From NCBI GenBank assembly GCA_041577295.1, contig JBFGJG010000006.1:55410-119409 (forward strand): a stretch of 64,000 bases of DNA, in the 5' to 3' direction. The stretch's first letter is position 1. Every line of letters starts with the position of its first letter. Positions 1-8,024 of this stretch are shown piece by piece. The translations under genes and the position numbers were made by a program. This DNA comes from Gemmatimonadales bacterium. GTDB taxonomy: Bacteria; Gemmatimonadota; Gemmatimonadetes; Gemmatimonadales; GWC2-71-9. A model generated the notes under the pieces. It saw only the letters and a program-made list of their open reading frames with translations, did not search any database and was not told the DNA's origin.

Positions 1-1
1 C

Positions 2-103
2 GCGGTCGCCTCGGGACCGATTCTCACGACAGTGACGGACATGTGCGGCTTCTTCCTGGTCCTCAGCCTCGCGAGCGCGATGCTTCCTCGCCTGGCGGGT
101 TGA
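2..103 (+). CDS. mgtE: Magnesium transporter MgtE, C-terminal fragment (runs off the window start)
   Basis: Manual translation AVASGPILTTVTDMCGFFLVLSLASAMLPRLAG* matches the MgtE final TM motif (PA.ASGP..TT..D..G). Not in the ORF track. Confidence 0.8.
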   Translation, partial: AVASGPILTTVTDMCGFFLVLSLASAMLPRLAG

Positions 104-143
104 CGGGCAACCATGCATCGCTGGTCCTTGGTATTATCCGCAT

Positions 144-470
144 ATGGCACTCGTTTTCGCACTTCTGCTCGTCGCCGTGGTCGCGGTCGTTTGGTACTTA
201 ATCGAGAAGCCGCAGCGCCGGGACTTTTGGAAGTTGGCTGCTCGACACCCAGACAACGCATACGACTGGTTCATCTCCCACGAGGGGTGGATCGTGGTGG
301 ACCCAGAGACGGGACGGGCTCAGCCACCGCGTGGCCCCGAGTACACGGGCCCCTTCGTCTTGTGGGTTCCCAAACTCGGCGGGCGACGTGTGTTGGTCTA
401 CGGGAAGCAGAGCGAGGTTGAGCAATCGCAGGAGGCATTCATTCGGGTTTTCGGACCTTACGGTGAATGA
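144..470 (+). CDS. Hypothetical protein with N-terminal membrane anchor
   Basis: 108 aa ORF with a hydrophobic N-terminus (ALVFALLLVAVVAVVWYLI) and normal composition; fills the gap after mgtE. Confidence 0.6.
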   Translation: MALVFALLLVAVVAVVWYLIEKPQRRDFWKLAARHPDNAYDWFISHEGWIVVDPETGRAQPPRGPEYTGPFVLWVPKLGGRRVLVYGKQSEVEQSQEAFIRVFGPYGE

Positions 471-487
471 CGACCGGGTGCCGCTCC

Positions 488-2725
488 TCATCGCGGAACG
501 CGAACGAAGATATCGAAGCGCGGCCGCGTTGTCGGTCTCACACCGAAGGACAGATCGAACCGAACCCACCCGTTGAGAGCGGAGGCGCCGAGTCCCATCC
601 CAGCCAGCGGGCCGGTTGGCGAAGCGGTCAGCCCAGTCCCGTGATGCGTGTCGGCCACATCGGCGAAAAGCACGGGAACCACCCACTCACCTCGCGTCAG
701 TTCGATCTCCGTTTGTATTGCCCACAGGACGCGACCGCGGCGCACCCCGTACGCGTGTCCCCGCACCGTCGCTGGCCCTCCGGCACGAAACTGGAGTTGC
801 GGAAGCGACTCCCCGACAACCGCACCGCCGCGAAGTCCCAATAATCCCTCTCTCCCGGCCACCGTGAAAGGAAGGGTGGCCGCCAACCAGACCCGACCTC
901 CGGCGTCGGTGCCCAAAAGGCCGTCTGCACCGACCTGAAGGGCCGACCTGCCAACCTCGACGACGTGCGACGCGTGGGCCACCACGTAATCGCCCTCCGC
1001 AATTTCCGGGTTTGATTGAAACGAACCACTTCCGAGCAAGAGATCGTTGATCGCCGACCCCGAAACGACCCCCATACTCCGCTGCCGCTCGAAGCCGATC
1101 TGGATATAGACGTCCTCGAAAGCACCCGCTCTCGCGAGCCCAGCGACACGCGCACCGAGGCCGAGATAGTAGTCCGCGTCGTCATGACCCAGGAGCAGAC
1201 CACGCAGTGTATTTCCAAACGTCGTACCTGAAGTCCAAGGGTCCGTGTCCATCACATCTCGATACCCAGAAAGCGACCAACGTGCTGCCGGGGCGTTACG
1301 CTCCAATCGGATCCTGCCGGTCGGACGCTCATCACCGAACCCAAAACGACCGGCGATGTTCACTGTTGTGAATCGCCACGCGTGGAGACCGTATTCGTAC
1401 CCCAAGGACGGACCCTGCACTCGATTGAAACGAAAGACCTTCGTGGCGCGATATAGATCCATGAGCGGTGGGGGCCGGTGCCACGAGCGCTGGGGGAGAC
1501 CTTCAGAGAGTGCCGCTAGCACGCCAAGGCGCTCGTTGAGGAATTCCCGCGGATCTTCTGGAACGGGCCTGTCTGTCGCACCGAAGTCGAACGCAAGAAG
1601 CGAATCGACCGGTGGCACCACGAGCTCCCAACGGCCCCCGCTCTGCTCTTCCGACTTGGTGTATCCCCGCGCGCCACACTGTTCGCCAGTGTGGTCATCC
1701 CATTCGTGTGAGAACGGTTCACAATTCCAGCCAGCACCAGAGCGAGCCAGCGAATAGTCGGTCGTCTCAAGCACCAGGGGCGTCGCCACGTTCACCTCGT
1801 AGTCCGCAAACGTCGTGACCGCCGTTGCCGGCATGACCGCGCCACCTAGTTTTTGATATCTGAATGTCGCAGCGACCAGTTGACGCCTGGGAAGCCAAAA
1901 TCGGCCGTGATGCAGCGCGTACTCGAGATCGACCTCAACGGTGACGAGCTCAGGTACATCCGGATCGGCATCCCACAGGTTTGCACCGGTAAACGTGCCG
2001 ATGAGGCGCACGACATCGAGACTGTCCGCGTCCAGCCAAATGTCACCAAAGATCAACATGGGTCCATACAGTTTTGGCTCGATGCGAACAGCAACCGCAC
2101 GGACTACTCGCCCGGGCAGTCGCAGCGTAACGGAGTCGCGCCCTCGATATCGGTAGAACCGGTCGGCTTCCGGAGAGAGCGGGTGGATCGCCGGTTCGTC
2201 GGGTATGCCAATCACGCGGATTTCATCCCTCAACGCTTGGGGCGCAAACCACGGCTCCGAGGTGAACACCTCAGTCCAGAAACCGGCGGCCTGCTTGGAG
2301 CCCCTTATGCCTGGGATACGTGGACCACGGACTCGGGCGCCGCGAACCGCGACTTGTAGATCGTTGGGACGTCGCCAACGCACGTCTGCGATTGTTTCGT
2401 AGTCGATGAGCCGCAGCCCGTCGTCGAACCGTCCCCAGCCGATGCGTCCTTCGACTCGTGTACGCACCTTGGCCGTGTAGTCATGCAACGCCGAATCGTG
2501 TTGCAAATGCCGCCGTTGGGCGCGCCGAACGAGCAACTCCGTCGCACTATTGCCGAAGGTCGAGGTATCTAGGGGAGGGCTTCGCTGCGCGTGCGCGGTC
2601 GATACTCCAACGACCAGCTGCCAACTCAGACCGATCCCGATAAGGACTCTGCGCACTGAGCAGCCTTGGGCCAGGTGTCCGGCAGAACGGAGCCGGGTGG
2701 ACTCGGTCGACGCTTGGTGCTCCAC
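488..2725 (-). CDS. Outer-membrane protein with a C-terminal Omp85/surface-antigen-like beta-barrel
   Basis: Signal-peptide-like segment (RRVLIGIGLSWQLVVGVSTAHAQ; true start may be GTG 2656), amphipathic beta-strands in the C-terminal half, and FRAGGPATVRGHAYG resembling the Omp85 loop-6 VRGY motif. Confidence 0.6.
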   Translation of the reverse strand: MEHQASTESTRLRSAGHLAQGCSVRRVLIGIGLSWQLVVGVSTAHAQRSPPLDTSTFGNSATELLVRRAQRRHLQHDSALHDYTAKVRTRVEGRIGWGRFDDGLRLIDYETIADVRWRRPNDLQVAVRGARVRGPRIPGIRGSKQAAGFWTEVFTSEPWFAPQALRDEIRVIGIPDEPAIHPLSPEADRFYRYRGRDSVTLRLPGRVVRAVAVRIEPKLYGPMLIFGDIWLDADSLDVVRLIGTFTGANLWDADPDVPELVTVEVDLEYALHHGRFWLPRRQLVAATFRYQKLGGAVMPATAVTTFADYEVNVATPLVLETTDYSLARSGAGWNCEPFSHEWDDHTGEQCGARGYTKSEEQSGGRWELVVPPVDSLLAFDFGATDRPVPEDPREFLNERLGVLAALSEGLPQRSWHRPPPLMDLYRATKVFRFNRVQGPSLGYEYGLHAWRFTTVNIAGRFGFGDERPTGRIRLERNAPAARWSLSGYRDVMDTDPWTSGTTFGNTLRGLLLGHDDADYYLGLGARVAGLARAGAFEDVYIQIGFERQRSMGVVSGSAINDLLLGSGSFQSNPEIAEGDYVVAHASHVVEVGRSALQVGADGLLGTDAGGRVWLAATLPFTVAGREGLLGLRGGAVVGESLPQLQFRAGGPATVRGHAYGVRRGRVLWAIQTEIELTRGEWVVPVLFADVADTHHGTGLTASPTGPLAGMGLGASALNGWVRFDLSFGVRPTTRPRFDIFVRVPR

Positions 2726-2813
2726 GCAAAGCAGTACGACCGGTCTGGCCGACCAGTTTCGACTGCCCGCGGGCCGTGTTAGCTGAGTACGGCGGTGAGG
2801 TGACTAGGCCTTG

Positions 2814-3302
2814 CTAGGAAGACCAAGCACGCTGGCGTTCCCGCGTCAGTCCGTACGCTTTGAGACGGCGCCAGAGGGTTGTTCGCGAGATGCCCAACCG
2901 CTTGGCGCTCTCGGTCAATTTCCAACCGGTTGACTCGAGCGTTTCCAGGATGGCCTGCCGCTCGCGCTCGGCCAACGTTCCGATGGACGGGTCCTGATCC
3001 GACAGGCAGGCAGCCTCTCCTAGCGTCGAATCTCCGACGCGAATCGGGGCAAGGCGCGCTCCCTGGCGAAGGAGGAATGCCCGCAAAGCGCCATCGTCAT
3101 TTCGGACAGGAGCACCCAGTTGATCGATGAGCGATCGGCCAGACTGGTTTGCGTACACGAGGTTCCCACGTGAGTCAAAGACGACGACACCTTCGTTCAC
3201 CGTATCCAGTACGGCACGGACCAGCGGTGTAAAAGCAGTAGGCAGCACCAAAGCAGCGTTTCCAGGTGGCGGTATATCCGAGGTTACGCCAGAGACGCCC
3301 AA
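2814..3302 (-). CDS. PAS-like domain plus Fis-type HTH regulator
   Basis: VLDTVNEGVVVFDSRGNLVYANQS is a PAS N-terminus; LAERERQAILETLESTGWKLTESAKRLGISRTTLWRRLK is an HTH_8. Confidence 0.8.
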   Translation of the reverse strand: MGVSGVTSDIPPPGNAALVLPTAFTPLVRAVLDTVNEGVVVFDSRGNLVYANQSGRSLIDQLGAPVRNDDGALRAFLLRQGARLAPIRVGDSTLGEAACLSDQDPSIGTLAERERQAILETLESTGWKLTESAKRLGISRTTLWRRLKAYGLTRERQRAWSS

Positions 3303-3400
3303 AAGTTTCGTCCCGAGATCTGCTCCTGTGTGGGCCCCGTGCTGACCGTACAGCCGGCCAGATTCGCCGTGGGTGGCCGTGGCAGTACGCTCGCCCTATA

Positions 3401-3416
3401 TTGGCCGACCGGACAA
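3401..3416. promoter_or_regulatory. Putative TetR autoregulatory operator
   Basis: Imperfect palindrome TTGGCCGACCGGACAA overlapping a TATATT -10-like hexamer, 12 bp before the TetR ATG. Confidence 0.4.
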
Positions 3417-3428
3417 TCAGGGGAGCGT

Positions 3429-4007
3429 ATGGCTGGTAAGTCAGAAGCGTCGCGGGATGGAATCATATCGGCCGCTCTGGCCGTGGTCAGGGACAAGGGG
3501 GCTGTCGGCCTCACAATCGAGCAGGTGGCGCGTCACGCCGGGTGCGCGAAAGGGCTCGTTCACTACCACCTCAAGACCAAACAGGATTTGCTCGAGGCAG
3601 TCGCCAACCGGCTGCTCGACGAGCGGACCGCCGCCTGGTCGGGTGCGTTCCGTGCCCCCTCACCCAACGATGCGATCGCGGCGACGTGGGGGGTCCTGCG
3701 CCGAGAATCGGACAACGGTACCGTCCGTGCTTGGATCTCGCTCCTCGGATCGGGATCCTTGACTGACCAGACGGCCAAGTTAGTCGTGGGCCGATTCACC
3801 GGCTCGCTAGGAGAGGCGGCAATGGGTCTGCTCGAGCATCTCGGTCTTCGGCTGTCGATCGGACGAGCAGAGCTTGGGTGGCTCTTGGGTTCCGTAGTCG
3901 AAGGGATGGGCTTGGAGCTGCTGGCGGGCGGAGACCAGGCGGAAATGGAGGAGGCGTACGCTGCCGCCTGGCTTGGTGTCCTGTCACTGACGAGGGAGGC
4001 GCGGTGA
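3429..4007 (+). CDS. TetR/AcrR family transcriptional regulator
   Basis: N-terminal HTH (IISAALAVVRDKGAVGLTIEQVARHAGCAKGLVHYHLKTKQDLL); ATG 3429 follows a GGGGAG RBS. Confidence 0.9.
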   Translation: MAGKSEASRDGIISAALAVVRDKGAVGLTIEQVARHAGCAKGLVHYHLKTKQDLLEAVANRLLDERTAAWSGAFRAPSPNDAIAATWGVLRRESDNGTVRAWISLLGSGSLTDQTAKLVVGRFTGSLGEAAMGLLEHLGLRLSIGRAELGWLLGSVVEGMGLELLAGGDQAEMEEAYAAAWLGVLSLTREAR

Positions 4008-4012
4008 CGTCC

Positions 4013-6562
4013 CTAAAACCTTCGCCCGCGCCGACGGCGTCTTCCCTGACGAGGGAGGCGTGCCAGCCCCCTGGCTAACTCGTCGAGGCTCGCGGCTCGG
4101 ATCACCTCGCGCTTCCCGCGCACCACGCTGAGCCGGAGGGGACGACCCACCTGGGGTAAGTCCCGTTTCCGGAGCCTGCGTGCCTGCCCCTCCCGGAGTT
4201 TGAGACGCGCGACCGCTTGCCCCCCTTCGATGTCGTACACCAGGGGGATGCGATCCCCGAGAACCATGGCCGAGCTAGGCAGCGCGTCCAGGCTCTCTCG
4301 TACCCCTGCCGGAATCAGCGCATCGACCTCGAGCTCCAGGGCTGTATCTAGGAACCCACTCCAGCTGTCTACGTCACGCAACTGATCACGCAGGAGATCG
4401 CGTGACACACCCGGTTGCGCGGTTTCCAAAGTTCCGCCCGACCGACGCCAGTACTCGTCAATCCGGGCGGCGGCGCGGAGAATCGCGTTCTGGGTCGGAT
4501 GGGGAGTGAGCCCCGCGAGCAGAGCATCGACAAGGGCTTCTCTTGCCTGTTCCCTAAGCTCCACAGGGAAGTCACCGACCAGCGGTCGCCGTTCCTGATC
4601 CAGGACGAAGCCGAAGTACTCGGTGCGCTGCGTGACGACCAGCCCAGCACGGCGCCGCCCATTGCGAAATTCCACTGTTGGATCGCTCGGGGTTGCGTAC
4701 CGTCGAATCAAGCGAAACGGAATGTTGGAGCCCTCGACAACGGCACGGGGAACCCCAAACTTGTCCGCGAAGTAGCGGAGGGTGCCTGCCACCGCCCCAT
4801 GAGGGTTACACGTCGAAGAATCGGACACCCGTACCCGCTCGCCATCGGCCGTTTCGTTCTCAATCACCAAGTCAAAAGGCATGACTCGCGCGACGAGATC
4901 GGCAAACCGGTGCGCCGTGCCGCGGTTGGCCAACGGGAGCTCGGCGGGGAGCGAGATCTCGAGTGTTCGGTAGACGGAGGCCAACCCGAGGGCCACATCC
5001 TCGATGGCTTTCACCAATACCCCTCGCTCCTCGGCCCATGCATCCACGGACTCATCGAACAGATGACGGGGCAGCCCGTACACTTCCCCGCGATATCCAA
5101 ACCTGTTTACGGCCTCTGCAAACAGATTGTAGGCGGTGAGATGATCGCTCCCGTGCACGATGAGCCCGCGCAGATCGGGATCATCACGGGTCATCCGATG
5201 CAACGACTCGATGTTGGCCGCAACGGCCACGTACGGCAGGAGATCATCTTCGGCATGGACCAGCAGCTCGCCCCATTGCCGTTCCACCGGCATCGCTTCG
5301 ACGTCGCGTCCGTAAGGCGTCAAGCGGTTTCCCTCGAGGATTCCCCTTTTCGCCAGACGGTAAACGGTGGCCTCATACGCCCTTCGGTCGAGGGGCACCG
5401 GTAGCTCGAGTTGGCTGAGGTCGATACCGAGTGCACCCGCGGTCAACGCCACCCGCTCGGAGTCGCCCGCGAGCTGGAACTCCGGCGGACCGGGCCGCAA
5501 CTCCGCGAACACGATGTCACGATCCGTCAGAATGTAGACCTCTCCCTCCGGTACACGCCCGTGTACCCGTCCCGCCATCTGCAGGATTTCGTTCGCGCCA
5601 AGATATTGGCGCGTCAGGACGTTCCGGCCACGATCGATGATGTTCCCGTAACGGGCATCGTAGATCACCACCGTGTCTAAGCCGCGGATGTTCAGAGCCG
5701 ATTGACCAGCCTGGGTCATCGACAGGACAAAGGGCTTTGCTGCAGTGCCGTCGAGGAAGGGACGAATGACACGGATTGGCTCTCCGCCATGGTAGAACGC
5801 CGCATTGAGGTTCATCCACTGGTCCCCGAGCACTGCGGCGACCTGCTCCACCTCTGCACGCGTTGGGAGAAAGACCGCGACACCTCGGGCGTGTCGGACG
5901 ACCCGACGCACGAACTTGTCATCGAGAAAGTCGAGCGGCTTGCGCATATGCGTGGAAACGCGTGCCGCGAGCGTTGGATCGAACGCTGTCGTTTCCAATA
6001 CCTCGGCGGATTCCAAGTACTCGGCGTAGAACGCCGGATCCACCGTCGCGGACAGCCAGATGAAACGGCAGCTCAGGCGCTTACCGAGAGCAAGACAGAG
6101 CTCGAGCTCTGCCGAGGTCTGATGAATCTCGTCTACCACGATAGTGTCGTGCGGGTCGATGAGATCGTCCTGGAACCAACGGCGTGCGATTCCGGTGGTG
6201 ACGATCACAACGTTCCAGCTTGGTGTCTCGGGTGTCGCCTCGCGCTCACGATTCACCACCCCAACGCGAAGGGGCACGCCGAGAATCTCCTCAGCGATCA
6301 ATCGAATGCCGAGCGTCTTGCCCGTCCCTGTGGCGGCAACGATACCGAATCCGAGTCCGCGATGGGCGAGATCTCGCATCTCATCGCCGTGCTCGCGCTC
6401 GAGCACCGTCGAAAGGCGGAGTGACATGGCGAGCTCGATGGTCTCGCAGGCAGCGCGCGTGGGAGCAATTACGATGACGCGCCCGGTCGCCGGTTCAGCC
6501 CGACGAAAGGCATCCGGATCGGGCGGAAGGTAGTGGTCGCGGATATGGTGATGAGGGCTCAT
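4013..6562 (-). CDS. DEAH/HrpB-like SF2 ATP-dependent helicase
   Basis: Motifs TGTGKT (I), DEIH (II), SAT (III), VFLPT (IV), QMAGRVHGR (VI); HA2-like LTPYGRDVEAMPV; HrpB-like C-terminus. Confidence 0.85.
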   Translation of the reverse strand: MSPHHHIRDHYLPPDPDAFRRAEPATGRVIVIAPTRAACETIELAMSLRLSTVLEREHGDEMRDLAHRGLGFGIVAATGTGKTLGIRLIAEEILGVPLRVGVVNREREATPETPSWNVVIVTTGIARRWFQDDLIDPHDTIVVDEIHQTSAELELCLALGKRLSCRFIWLSATVDPAFYAEYLESAEVLETTAFDPTLAARVSTHMRKPLDFLDDKFVRRVVRHARGVAVFLPTRAEVEQVAAVLGDQWMNLNAAFYHGGEPIRVIRPFLDGTAAKPFVLSMTQAGQSALNIRGLDTVVIYDARYGNIIDRGRNVLTRQYLGANEILQMAGRVHGRVPEGEVYILTDRDIVFAELRPGPPEFQLAGDSERVALTAGALGIDLSQLELPVPLDRRAYEATVYRLAKRGILEGNRLTPYGRDVEAMPVERQWGELLVHAEDDLLPYVAVAANIESLHRMTRDDPDLRGLIVHGSDHLTAYNLFAEAVNRFGYRGEVYGLPRHLFDESVDAWAEERGVLVKAIEDVALGLASVYRTLEISLPAELPLANRGTAHRFADLVARVMPFDLVIENETADGERVRVSDSSTCNPHGAVAGTLRYFADKFGVPRAVVEGSNIPFRLIRRYATPSDPTVEFRNGRRRAGLVVTQRTEYFGFVLDQERRPLVGDFPVELREQAREALVDALLAGLTPHPTQNAILRAAARIDEYWRRSGGTLETAQPGVSRDLLRDQLRDVDSWSGFLDTALELEVDALIPAGVRESLDALPSSAMVLGDRIPLVYDIEGGQAVARLKLREGQARRLRKRDLPQVGRPLRLSVVRGKREVIRAASLDELARGLARLPRQGRRRRRGRRF

Positions 6563-6586
6563 TGGCTCGGCAAGCGGCAGGTTCCT

Positions 6587-7666
6587 TCAGTCGCCCAAGC
6601 AGACGCCGAGGTTTCGCGCGGTTGCCACCATATCCGAGTCCAAGGGGATTTTCCGTGGTCCTTGGAGAGCCTCCTCGAGGGATACGAGCGTCACGTTCGG
6701 TGGCGCGTACGACACCATCTGGCCGAAGGCCCCGTCCGCCACCGCTTGGACTGCAGTAGCCCCAAAGCGCAACGCGAGCAGCCGGTCGAACGTGGTTGGG
6801 AAACCGCCCCGCTGAAGGTGCCCCAACGTAATTGTACGGGTCTCCTTTCCGGTGCGCTCGGTTATCAGATCGGCAACCCGCTGACCGATCCCACCCAACC
6901 GCTCCACTCCGCCTGGCACCGCTGCCGCGTGGATCGTCCTGGCACCTTCGCTCGGCACGGCCCCTTCGGCGACGACGACGATGCTGAAGTGGCGACCCGA
7001 CGCCTCGCGTTCACGGATCTTCGCGCAGACCTTCTCCGCATCAAACGGAATCTCGGGGATCAGAATCACGTCCGCGGTTCCCGCAAGGCCGGATGCCAAC
7101 GCAATCCACCCGGTATCGCGTCCCATCACCTCGACGACGAGCACCCGTTCGTGGCTCTGGGCGGACGGGTGAATCTTGTCGATGGCCTCTGTGGCTGTTT
7201 GCACGGCCGTATCGAAGCCGAACGTCTGCACTGTTCCATGGACGTCGTTATCGATCGTCTTGGGCACGCCGACCGTTGGAATCCCCTTCTTCCAGAGCTG
7301 GCAGGCGATCGAGAGCGTTCCGTCCCCGCCAACGGCGATCATCGCATCGAGCGAAAGTTCTTTGAAGGATGCGACCAATTCGTCGGACCGGTCTTTTTCT
7401 GCCCACGTACCGTCCAATTGCAACATCGGCCAGCGGAATGGATTGCCGCGGTTGGTGGTACCGAGGATCGTTCCTCCGAGATGGGTGATTCCGCGCACCG
7501 TATCGCGGTCCAGCGGAACCACGCGGGCGTCGCCGAGCAGTCCCCCGAATCCTCGGCGGATGCCAAGCACCTGCCAGCCCCGATTGAGCGAGCCAAGGAC
7601 GGCGGATCGAATCACGGCATTGAGTCCCGGGGCATCCCCGCCGCCCGTCATGATGGCTATGCGCAT
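6587..7666 (-). CDS. pfkA: 6-phosphofructokinase (PfkA family, group III-like)
   Basis: TGGGDAPGLN, GGTILGT, GGDGT, PKTIDND, EVMGR and LGHLQRGG motifs. Confidence 0.95.
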   Translation of the reverse strand: MRIAIMTGGGDAPGLNAVIRSAVLGSLNRGWQVLGIRRGFGGLLGDARVVPLDRDTVRGITHLGGTILGTTNRGNPFRWPMLQLDGTWAEKDRSDELVASFKELSLDAMIAVGGDGTLSIACQLWKKGIPTVGVPKTIDNDVHGTVQTFGFDTAVQTATEAIDKIHPSAQSHERVLVVEVMGRDTGWIALASGLAGTADVILIPEIPFDAEKVCAKIREREASGRHFSIVVVAEGAVPSEGARTIHAAAVPGGVERLGGIGQRVADLITERTGKETRTITLGHLQRGGFPTTFDRLLALRFGATAVQAVADGAFGQMVSYAPPNVTLVSLEEALQGPRKIPLDSDMVATARNLGVCLGD

Positions 7667-7682
7667 GGATTGTCGGTGGGTG

Positions 7683-7913
7683 TCAGCGTTGGAGCCCCTG
7701 GATGATAGCGAGAACTTCTCCTCGCTCTGCGTGCCGCCCCAGCTTCTTCTTGGAGAACACGAGCCGGCCGTCGATGCTCACCTCGAATCGACCTCCTCCG
7801 CCCTGGACGAGCCGCACTTCCGCGTCGGGGTAGTGCGCTTGGATTTGCGCCGCCAAACTGGCGGCTCGCGGCTCGTAGTTTCAAACGACGCAGTATTCAA
7901 TGGTTACGCGCAC
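7683..7913 (-). CDS. SelT/SelW/SelH (Rdx family) selenoprotein with in-frame UGA read as Sec
   Basis: Manual translation from GTG 7913: MRVTIEYCVV-U-NYEPRAASLAAQIQAHYPDAEVRLVQGGGGRFEVSIDGRLVFSKKKLGRHAERGEVLAIIQGLQR*. It has the CxxU motif and the GxFEV..DG..vFSK Rdx signature. Missed by the ORF track because of the UGA at 7881-7883. Confidence 0.9.
7849..7865 (-). promoter_or_regulatory. Bacterial SECIS-like hairpin
   Basis: On the mRNA strand, GCCGCCA-GUU-UGGCGGC is a perfect 7-bp stem with a G-first apical loop, starting 15 nt after the in-frame UGA. Confidence 0.75.
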
Positions 7914-8024
7914 GGTCGCATCCCGGCCAAGACACCTGAAAGGTAACGCGCACACGTCCAGGGCACCGCCCTACGAACGCGCTTGCCGAATTGGGGGAAC
8001 CGGCTCACGTTATCCGGCCCATTT

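Noticed and set aside
3161..3176. Third parS site (GGTTCCCACGTGAGTC)
   Set aside because: Several mismatches, broken symmetry, and inside a CDS.
6533..7705. Long antisense ORFs (also 26323..27468, 30390..31430, 38271..39308, 53873..54877)
   Set aside because: They lie opposite well-supported genes, lack motifs, and are expected in high-GC DNA.
7657..7884. 75-aa ORF in the pfkA upstream gap
   Set aside because: Shadow frame of the selenoprotein gene, which has a recognisable family signature.
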